From Chrysomallon squamiferum (lineage: Eukaryota; Animalia; Mollusca), in assembly GCA_012295275.1 (NCBI GenBank), contig CM022674.1, positions 1,612,001 through 1,676,000 on the forward strand: a stretch of DNA of 64,000 nt. The letters are read 5' to 3'. Both the position numbers and the translations under genes were made by a program. Numbering within the stretch: position 1 is the stretch's first letter; every line of letters starts with the position of its first letter. Below, piece after piece: positions 1 through 10,171 of the stretch. The notes under the pieces were generated by a model. That model was not told the DNA's origin. It saw nothing but the letters and a program-made list of their open reading frames with translations, and made no database searches.

Positions 1-1624
1 AATAATAATAATAATAATAATAATAGTAAAGATAGTAACAAACAAAGCACACTACTATTATTGTTAGTATTGCAAATACTAATAATACTAAGGTAAAGGA
101 AAGTAGTTTGAAGAAAAGTAACAAATGAAAAGGTTTTAGCTGGTGTCTGTAAAATCCTAGCACTAAGAAACAAACAGGGTTTACAGTTCTGTCACTGAAC
201 ATTTGTTAATTATGCACGTGAATATTTAAATCTATTATGAAGCCATGAACAAAGATGAAAAGATATAAATACATTCTGCACACAAGCATATTCACGCCTT
301 ACAAACATGTAAGTGTATAATATGTGTTTTTATGTATGTGTGTTAATTGTATTTAAATATGAATATTCTTTGCCTTATGTATGTTTGTATGAATTATTAT
401 ATGTATATATCTGTATATGTAAGTATGTATAATGCCGTTCTTGTTGCATTCATTGTTTTCATTTTTCACATTATGATAAATTAATCAAAAATAATCTTAT
501 ACAGCCTTTCTTAAATTACTGTTAATCCTTATTTTAGAAAATACATTTAATAATGGAATGGAAAAATATTTCAGCGCAAAGACCCAAGATAAACCGTGAA
601 TCGAAATTAACTCTGCTAATTAAATTTCATTTCTGGTATATGTGATCACAAAATAAATCACTAAATACATAAATAATTAAATAAATGAATAATTAAATAA
701 ATAAATAATTTTATAAATAGTAGTAGCAGTAGTAGTAGTAGAAAATACTAAGATAAGTCATAATTAGGTTTATTTTTAGCTACGATTTTGTTTACTTATT
801 ACTACATCAATATTTTAATTATAAAGCAAACGTGATTAATAAATTATTAAAACTGAGTAACATCTAACAGAAGCATGTACACAAATCAATATAAACTATT
901 GTATTTATTTATTTATTTATTTATTGATTTTACATCCTTACATTATTTTATTTTCAATAGAGGACAGTGAAATGTTGTTTACTGAGAAGACGTTTCTGTG
1001 GTAGAAAGAACGAAAGAAACTTGAACAAACACCTCGTCACTTGCGGAATTAAAGAAGGAAAAGTCACCGTGGTGTTTTGTAAACTGGGATTTCCTTAGCA
1101 ACAGTGAGACGTCAGTGAAAACAACAAAACTGTGACGTCAGTGAAAAAGCAATTAGCGAAAATTGAAAAGGAGAGAGAAAACAAGGAACTAGCAAAACTA
1201 TAATATCAAAGAGAGAACGAAAACGAGACAAAGGAAAGAGAACAAAAGGAAAAGAGAGATAAAGAGAGAGACAGAAAAGTGATAAATTTCATCCTGTTTT
1301 AAGTCAGTTTCTTTGATACTGTTATTTTAAAAGTGTTAGATAAATACTTTGTAACGTAATCTTTGTGTTCAAATAACTCTAATAATTTGTCAAATGTTAA
1401 CACCTACCTCACCGAAAGAGAAGAAAAAATGTAGATAGAAAAAAATAGAAGAAAACAAGAGTGATAAACATTGGTAATAATACTAAATAGCAGTAACAAC
1501 AATAATGATAGTGATAATTATTATAATAAAAATAATAATAACGATCATGATAAGAATAATACACAAAAATTTACATGTTTAAAAAAGAAACAAAGAATCA
1601 CAAATAGGATATATTCACTCAAGT

Positions 1625-2530
1625 AATAATACTACCTGTGATGATAACTGTGATGATAAAACTATCCTAAGCTAATCTGCATTCCAAATTAAACAGATGA
1701 CACAAAGCTAATTTAAGAGACTGAAAGACTTCTTTTATTCATTCATTCCTCTCTGTCATTCCTTATTCCATTCATTCATTCATGCATTAATTGATTCACT
1801 AAATCAGTAACTGAAAAAAGTCATACCTGTATTGTTTTTAAAACTGGTTGTGAAGACGATGTACGTAACAGCCGAACAGAGAATTATTAAAACGAAGAGA
1901 AATTTCTTCCTGACAAAAGTAGTAAATAAATAAATAAGTGATTTAATAGCATAAGGATATAAATTAAATTAATTAATTAATATATATGTAAATAAAATAA
2001 GTAACATTTAATAGTAGTAGTTGTACTAGCACTGGTGGTAGTAATACATTAATGGTATATATATAATAATATTGATGACTTTAATACTACTTAGTATATG
2101 TATGTGTGTCAGTATGTATGCACACATATATCATACACGTATACGTATATATTTCTGACTATTATTTAAATTATTCCTAAATTTATCTTAATATATCTCG
2201 ATCAAAAATTAAACAAATTAAAATAAAATAAAATAAAATGAATGAATAAATAAATACATAATATCTGCAAAATGAAAAATCAGGTTACATTCTGTGACAT
2301 AATGAGTAAAGTTTCTCATTTCTGTGACTTTCACTTATTAGTAAAGTTTATCTGTCTAAGTTCATTTTGAACAGTCTTTTCATTACTGCCATCTGATTTT
2401 GCTAACAGTCTCCCATTACTGCCATCTGATCTAGCTAGAGTTACGTGTGTGAAAATAAAAACTAGTCTGTCTCTTCAAACTGGTCCCGTTCTTCACCGCA
2501 AACTGTTTGAATCCATAGAGAACTAATAGT
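1625..2530 (+). repeat. Local segmental duplication, copy A (paralogous to 6875-7870)
   Basis: Shared blocks include AAACAGATGACACAAAGCTAATTTAAGA..CATTCCTCTCTGTCATTCCTTATTCCATTC (1690-1780 vs 6949-7040) and AGTCTCCCATTACTG..TCTGATCTAGCTAGAGT..GGTCCCGTTCTT (2407-2493 vs 7743-7827). Confidence 0.85.
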
Positions 2531-2619
2531 AATTATATTAGATTAAACAAACTAACATAAGATAAACCATTCAACCAACTTTTGAAAAAAATATTTGGTT
2601 TTTATTATTATTATTATTA

Positions 2620-2684
<65 letters not shown>

Positions 2685-3839
2685 TCATTGTTGATGTTGT
2701 TCTTATTTAGGTACGTTGTGAGAACCGATGTGGTTAATGTGAATAAAGATTGTAAATATTTTAAAATAGCATTGTCTGTAAATCTTGTTTTCTGGTGAAG
2801 GGTTGTCTGACTGGTATGGACACCCATGGGATCCAGCAAAAGTTTTCCTACATCGCAGGTTTCCCCTTCATCAGAGACACAAAATTCACAGTCAATTTCC
2901 TTTTAACATATTTACAAAGTTGAGAAGACACAAAGCAATCTTAAGATAGGGCAGAACGGGAAATCGCGCGGAAGACATCCACTGTAATAATATAAACTGA
3001 AAAGAAATCTTTGTAACGAAAAGTAATATATATATATATATAAAATATGTTTTACATATATTCTAACTCACTTTAGATTGGTTAAATTCACAGAACAATC
3101 AAATATATACAGGTATTATCTATAAATATATATATAGTCATCATGCAGATATTATGTGTTTCACTTTCCAAGATAACATATATATACACAATGTCACGTA
3201 CACACACATACATACACACACACATACGCGCACACAGACACGAGTCTAGAAAAACTGGGATACACTCAAACACTAAGCATAACACAGAGATATACAGATG
3301 TGTTATGTGTATATGTGTCTGTGTCTGTCTGTATGTGGATATGTGTATCTATGCGTGTCCGTGTCTATATGTCAGTCTTAAAGAACACTAAAAATTGAAA
3401 TATCTAATGAACATTCAGACCTCAGATCATGATATAAATTATTTCAAAGTCGATTTAAATTTAAAATAATCAGTAAAATGAAATCGTTAAAAATACGTGT
3501 CAAATAAAAAAGTACTCACTAAAATCCAGAAAACATTAAAAATCTACTTGTAGAACCAAACTGTTAGGTAGAAATCCACTCATTAAAATCCAGATAACGT
3601 TAAAAAATCTCCTCACTTTTGTACACAATATATTAAAAAATCCGTGCCAGATTAAAATCTACTTATTAAAATTCAGTTAAAAATCAACTTGTAAAAACAA
3701 ACTAACGAAAATCCAGAACTGTTTAAAATCTGATTGTTAAAGATGTTTGTAAGCGGGGTGACAAATATTTAAAAATAGTTTTCAAAACCACTGGGGCATG
3801 CTGACTTTAGCTGCATTTGTCAACTTAGACATATGTGGG

Positions 3840-3875
<36 letters not shown>

Positions 3876-3987
3876 CTGCGTGTTTTGTCTGAGTTCCTGA
3901 ATTTATCTATGTATATATACACTTATGTGTATACATTGCTGTCTATTATTTAAGAAGTCGCTAAATTTGTTTAATTATCTCCATCAA

Positions 3988-4022
<35 letters not shown>

Positions 4023-4044
4023 ATTAAAAAAAAAAGTACATTAC

Positions 4045-4220
4045 ACCCTGTGACATTCAGTCATTACTCAGGTTTCTCTTTGTAACTTTGCTTTACTGTA
4101 CGAATGTATAAAACATGCACTCGTGCAATAAAGAGAGTTATCAAGTTTTGACAGATAATATCCTGACCAGCATCCCATTACTGTCATTTGATGTAACTAG
4201 AGTAATGTGGGTGAAAATTT
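4045..4220 (+). repeat. Third, more diverged partial copy of the local duplicated block
   Basis: CTCTTTGTAACTTTGC.TTACTGTACGAATGTATAAAA and TCCCATTACTGTC..CTAGAGTAATGTG are shared with 7615-7790. Confidence 0.75.
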
Positions 4221-4372
4221 CCCTCGGGTATTGAGCAACTTTTTTTAAGGTTGTCTCAGTGGCCGATCTTTGTCTTTCGTCATTCTTGCGTGCATCTATT
4301 TTTTGTCGGAAACCTGGCAGTTTAGGATTTTGAATGTTCATATGCATATATATGTATGTATGTGTATATATC

Positions 4373-4406
<34 letters not shown>

Positions 4407-4409
<3 letters not shown>

Positions 4410-4596
4410 AAGACAGAGCAGGCCTTTGTTGAAGATATAGTTTTACAATTAAGAACTGGTGGAAGGTTGGCACCAAAACGTAGGAAACACCAGCAACTTG
4501 ACTTCGACATAAAGCAACAGCAAATGTTTCCTCTCGACAGAACAGAAAACCTCAACAGAATATGCTGATTCCGCCTCACACTTTGTCGCACTGTGA
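4407..4596 (+). mobile_element. C-terminal remnant of a MULE (Mutator-like) transposase
   Basis: FKTEQAFVEDIVLQLRTGGRLAPKRRKHQQLD.., then after a frameshift TEYADSASHFVAL*. This resembles the 'EQ..E..QL..G...P.RR.Y..LD....EY...SH' tail of animal MULE transposases (recalled pattern, not searched). Confidence 0.55.
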
Positions 4597-4929
4597 AATG
4601 TTATATCTCTTTTGAGAAATAAACTAAACTGTAATCCACCATTGTTTCATCATTTGCTATCCTGGACTGCTTCAGTAATACATATCAATAGGTGACCTTA
4701 ACTTATAATATGACATGATAACTACTCGTATTCATTATCAAAATAAGACATAGTATTTCACAGAATAAATTGGCACATTCTGAGTATTGAACGCAAAGTG
4801 CCTTTCCTTGAAAATTTATCAATTTAATACAGGAACAGACAACAATTACGATGGCTAAATGATGACATAGATCTGTCACATGATCTTTACTAATACAGAC
4901 AAGTGTCCGCTTTTAATCTGTCCACAAAC

Positions 4930-5415
4930 ATCATCAACACTTAGCGAGACCTATCCAGTGTAGTCAACGTGACGGACGTCATCAACACTTAGCGAGACCT
5001 ATCCAGTGTAGTCAACGTGACGGATATCATCAACACTTAGCGAGACCTGTCCAGTGTAGTCAACGTGACGGATATCATCAACACTTAGCGAGACCTGTCC
5101 AGTGTAGTCAACGTGACGGATATCATCAACACTTAGCGAGACCTGTCCAGTGTAGTCAACGTGACGGATATCATCAACACTTAGCGAGACCTATCCAGTG
5201 TAGTCAACGTGACGGATATCATCAACACTTAGCGAGACCTATCCAGTGTAGTCAACGTGACGGATATCATCAACACTTAGCGAGACCTATCCAGTGTAGT
5301 CAACGTGACGGATATCATCAACACTTAGCGAGACCTATCCAGTGTAGTCAACGTGACGGATATCATCAACACTTAGCGAGACCTATCCAGTGTAGTCAAC
5401 GTGACGGATATCATC
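4930..5415 (+). repeat. 48-bp minisatellite, 10 near-perfect copies
   Basis: Unit ATCATCAACACTTAGCGAGACCT(A/G)TCCAGTGTAGTCAACGTGACGGAT starts at 4930, 4978 and so on to 5362. Copies 3-5 carry the G variant. Confidence 0.97.
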
Positions 5416-5809
5416 CCCTGTTCTGTCAGAAATCGTCAGTTTACATCGAACCTAATCTGGACAGTTCAATAACATATGTGTTAGACAGCTTCAACGAAAT
5501 CCCACTTCAACGAAATTCTCTCTGTCTCTTCATCTAAATTTTCCTGTTCAGTTCTGTTTTGCGCTCTGAAATGGAGAGGTTATTCAAAACGAGTTCTAAG
5601 AAAAATTAAATCTGAAACCGACATAGAATTAGAAAAACCCTTGGATCCAACAGACGCATTCAAACCATATAAAATCCAACATAATATTCCACCTCACTTG
5701 GGTTCCGGATCTACAGCGATCTGCAAAAAGAAAAGATGCAGGTTCAACCATATAATAAAATCTTAGTCTCAGAAAAAGTGAATATTAAATCCTAACGAAC
5801 CTAAATGTT

Positions 5810-6295
5810 GTGTGTTTGATGACATGCAGTTTGTGTAAAAGACAGTACGTCGGCCAAACACAAAATATGTTACAATTTAGAACTGCTTGTCACAAATACA
5901 ATGTTAGGCATCAGGCTGACATTCCTGTCGCCAAACACTTTAACCTACCTGGACATATATTGAAGGATCATTTTGAGATAATCCCAATAGAACAAACGCC
6001 CATTCTCGAGTCCAAAACTGAAACTGAACTTTTCAGACTTGAACGAGAAGCGTTTTTGATTCGCACGTTAAAAACCTTAAAACCTTTTGGAATAAATGCT
6101 GACTCGGGCAAATGTAAAGAGAGGGATAAAATAGTTTTCCCAGTAATTTACAATCGCCACAACGTTGACATTGGTAAAGTTATGAAGGAGCAGAAAAATT
6201 TAGTGTCCACCCTGTTTATAAATGTTAAGACTGCACATAGACAATATGTGGTAATCACCAGCACAGGAACAGAAATTCAAATTACGTCGTCATAG
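5810..6295 (+). pseudogene. GIY-YIG endonuclease domain of Penelope-like element
   Basis: Motifs CxxC, YVGQT, PVAKHF, RE..LI..L.T..P.GIN. No true start codon, and it is part of a disrupted longer ORF. Confidence 0.85.
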
Positions 6296-6324
6296 TCATC
6301 AGATGCAGATGTATATATATATAT

Positions 6325-6432
6325 AGGTAGGTAAATAGCTAGGCAGGTAGGTAGGTAAATAGCTTGACAGGTAGGTAGGTAAATAGCTAGACAGGTAGGT
6401 AGGTAAATAGCTAGACAGGTAGGTAGGTAGGA
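6325..6432 (+). repeat. 24-bp tandem repeat (AGGTAGGTAGGTAAATAGCTAGAC), ~4 copies, at the 3' end of the Penelope remnant
   Basis: Direct reading of the sequence. Confidence 0.85.
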
Positions 6433-6874
6433 AAGTAGACAGCTGTATACGTATTTTTATGTATGAATGTTACTATATCTATGCATGTATGTAAGTATGT
6501 ATGTACGTATGTATGTTTGTGCGTATTGTATATGTGTATATCTGTATATATGTGTATACATAATGTTGTTCTTACATTCATTGTTTTGTTCGCAGTGTGG
6601 TTAATCAATACAAATATTCTTACTCAGACTTTCTTAAATTAACCCAACATATTAAACTATTTTAACAAGAAGAGCCAAGATAAATAAATAAATAAATAAA
6701 TAAAATAAAATAAGGAAAAACTGTAGCAATAATATTAAATAACAATACTGATGGTGATGGTGATGATGATGATGATGATAATAAAAATAATAATAACGAT
6801 AATGATAGTAATAATAGAAATAATAGAAATAGGAAACAGAAACAGAAGTAAGGTCTATTCAATAACATCATTCA

Positions 6875-7870
6875 GATAATATTACTATCTGTGATTATAA
6901 TTCAAGTTTATCTGTAAAATTATCCTAAACTAATCCGCAAACCAAGTTAAACAGATGACACAAAGCTAATTTAAGATAGTGAAATACTTCTTTTATTCTT
7001 TCATTCCTCTCTGTCATTCCTTATTCCATTCGTTCATTCATGCATTAATTCATTCACTGTATCAGTCACTGAAAAAGACATACATGTAATAAAGATGATG
7101 ATATTAATAATAGTTAATATAATTTAATAGATTTTTAATCAACATAATATGAGACTTTTTAATCAGCACAATCTAACAATTAATTAATAAAATTCATCAG
7201 TGCTTTACGTAACAAAAATGAACATTTTTTTTTTTGCGTTTGAATTATCTTTTTCTTTACTGCATAATGTTTTCTTGTCATATTTTATGTCACTTTGTGT
7301 GAAAAATATCAGATTACAGTTCTAAATATGCTACACAGTGGATACTTTGAATGTATGTATGTTTATATTTATGTACATATGTTGTATGCATGTATATTTG
7401 CATGTATATATGCATGTATATTTGCATACGTGTATGTGTTTGTGTAAATGTATATATACATACACACAGGTATGTGCATACATTGTTATTATCTAAAATA
7501 TTCCTAAATTTATCTCAGTATGTCTCAATCAAAATTTAAATAAATAAATAAATAAAAATCTGCAAAACGGAAAGTTATATTATATTCTCTGACATTCACT
7601 TATTAGTGAAGTTCCTCTTTGTAACTTTGCCTTACTGTACGAATGTATAAAAAATTCACTCGTTCAATGAACAGAAAGTTCTGACGTGTTGATAAATAAC
7701 ACACCTGATAGATAAATCGTGGTCTGACGACAGACATTGAATAGTCTCCCATTACTGTCTTCTGATCTAGCTAGAGTAATGTGAGAAAATAAAAACAAGT
7801 CTCTCTATTCAAACCGGTCCCGTTCTTAACCTTAAACTGTCATTAAGTCGATCGAGAACAAACAGTAGCT
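6875..7870 (+). repeat. Local segmental duplication, copy B
   Basis: Colinear similarity to 1625-2530 at an offset of ~5.3 kb. The 7585-7790 part also matches 4045-4220. Confidence 0.85.
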
Positions 7871-7956
7871 GTTTTACCTTACACAAAGTTAAGATCAGAA
7901 ATAGAATTCAGTGACCTAGTGATAAAATCTTCTTTTCTTCTTTTTCTTCTTCTTAA

Positions 7957-7997
<41 letters not shown>

Positions 7998-8184
7998 CGC
8001 TATTGTTGTTTTTCTTCTTATTTTCATTATTATTTTAACTGTTTATGTTGTTGTTACTGTGGTTACTGTTACTATTATTATTGTTGTTCTTATTACTGTT
8101 GTTGTTGTCATTGCTATTTCTGCTGTTGTTGTTGTTGTTGTTGTGTTGTCATTATCATGAATATTATTTATTTATTTATTTGTT

Positions 8185-8230
8185 TACAGCGGTACCTGTC
8201 TTTAGCGGCCCCCGAGATGAGCGACCACCA
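8185..8230 (+). mobile_element. Possible single terminal repeat of a pogo/Tigger-type MITE
   Basis: TA-CAGCGGTACCTGTCTTTAGCGGCCCCC..GAGCGACCACC resembles common TA-flanked CAGT..ACCTGTC..AGCGGCCAC MITE ends. No partner TIR was seen. Confidence 0.3.
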
Positions 8231-8833
8231 AGCTGTACGGACACTTCTCCGAGTCCCGATTGTTTTATTCTTTTTTATATTTCGGGCTTACACATATTGG
8301 CATGTTTCAGCTTTATTCGAAACGATTTAAATTTCAGTCAATGATTGGTAAAATAAAATTTAAAAAAAAAAAAAAAAAAAAAACGAATGTGAAACTGTAT
8401 CCGGTATGAGAAAATTCATCTGAAAAATTATTTCCCAAACTGTTAAGAAGTATTTTTTTTATACAATCGTTAATTCTCGGCAATGTACGGTAACTTCGCG
8501 GAATAAAATATGACGTCAACAAACGACTGATGTCATTCACAGAGGACACAAGGGTTTTACCTTTCAGGTAAGACGATCGATTTACTGCTATTTAAATTGA
8601 AATTGCAATCTTTATTTTATTTTTTTAATTTAAATTCATTGAATTAGAGCTTTTAATTAGTGGAGAGGGCTAAAAAAAAAAAAAAAAATAGATCACGATC
8701 AAATAGGTTTTGTGTGTCGACTTGTAGCTATTAATAAAATTAATAACCATTTACTGTAAGAAGTAAATACATGCTCTAATTTATATAGATAATGCCTTAA
8801 TTATTAGTGGATTAGGATCTAGAGTAATCAGAA

Positions 8834-8865
<32 letters not shown>

Positions 8866-9982
8866 ACTATGATTATTATTATTATTATTATTATACAGCG
8901 TTTTCTATTTATGTTTTACTTGAAAAAAATGAAGTTTTATTTATCTTTTTCCCTCTACATCCTTCTATCACGTTATTTCTTTAAAACTCTCTCTCTCTCT
9001 CTCTGTATATATATATGTATACACACTGATGCGGGATAATCAGTGACTACGCAGGTAACTCGATATTATCAACATATAGGCTGTTGTTCTCAACAAAGAA
9101 TTCGTAGTTATTTCCCCTTCATGCATGTACTTCTTAGGTTTTGTGAGAGAAGATAACTCAGAACATATATAAAAAATACATTTTTTATTAGCTGTAGGAA
9201 AAGATGAGATGTAATATGAGCATCATTATAAGTGATACAATTAAATATCAGACACATTTGACTTATCAGCCATATTTCCAGACAGTTTTTATATATCAGA
9301 TAGTTGTAACTTTTAATCACAAAATGGAAATCCATTCTCTATCCAACATCAGTTTTCTGCTTTCAAATCACATCCCTATTCCTCACTCTGTTTTATCCAG
9401 CATCAGAAAATTCATTTGGGTTAGTTCTTTCTGGCACTGGTTAGAAAAATTCCTTCAAACACAAAATTTCTAAAACATTCCAGGACTGATGTAGCCAAAA
9501 TCTCTTAAAGCCATGTACTATTATTATTATACTTGATTAACAGAGATTTTTTTTTTTTTTTTTTTTTTTAGAACCTCCCATGCTATACCTCACACAGACA
9601 CAGAAATTTAATTATGTTCTCTCCTTCAGTTTTGGGTTCTCATAAAAAAACAAAAAAAAAATTTCTAAAACCAATTTCACTGGTCAGGGTTGTTCACCGA
9701 TACTTTAAACCAGGTATTGTTAATGGTTATGCAACTATTGCTCTGTTTGTTTGTTTGTTGTTTTTTTCGCTTTGTCTGCATATGTATTATTATTTCACAA
9801 GTAATGGATTTCTCCCAAACATCTTCAACCATGTATTACAAAACATTTATGTAAATATTGGTTCTATTTTCATTATCTTTTTTTTTTTTTTTTTTTTTTT
9901 TTCCTGAACCATACATACACAGCCAAAGTTTGTTATTTTTACATGTTACGGTGGCTTCGTCCTGAAAGACATGTTGCTATGG

Positions 9983-10171
9983 TTACGCGAAGATTGGTTC
10001 TATTTTGATGTTTGGTTTCTCGTCTTTCTCCTGCTTGTTGATGTCGTCCTTCAGTTTGTTTATCATCTCCTTGCTCTGCTTCAGTCTCTCGTTCAGCTCG
10101 GAAATCTCGTAGCGATTTTTTGTTCTTAGCCGACAGAATGTTATTTAGTGTCTTCTCTTTCTTCTCCTCAA
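9983..10171 (-). CDS. YEATS4: YEATS4 coding exon 7 (coiled coil), with an apparent 1-nt insertion in an A6 run at 10116-10121
   Basis: TAG acceptor. Reads [18 protein letters not shown], then after removing one A: [47 protein letters not shown] (9985-9983). This aligns with the GAS41 tail (FEIAELKERLKASRETINCLKNEI). Confidence 0.9.

Larger units (their letters stand above)
4800..6310 (+). mobile_element. Decayed, 5'-truncated Penelope-like retroelement (RT thumb remnant, Cys knuckle, GIY-YIG endonuclease)
   Basis: ORF 5810..6295 has the PLE endonuclease signature (CSLCKRQYVGQT..R...H....PVAKHFN..GH....RLERE..LI..LKT..P.GIN). The upstream frame at ~5533-5766 reads LFCALKWRGYSKRVLRKIK..CKKKRC (thumb RGY motif and Cys knuckle). 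Stops and frameshifts are present. The left boundary is approximate. Confidence 0.85.

Noticed and set aside
4930-5415. 48-bp repeat array as a CRISPR array
   Set aside because: Units are contiguous with no unique spacers, there are no cas genes, and the context is eukaryotic.
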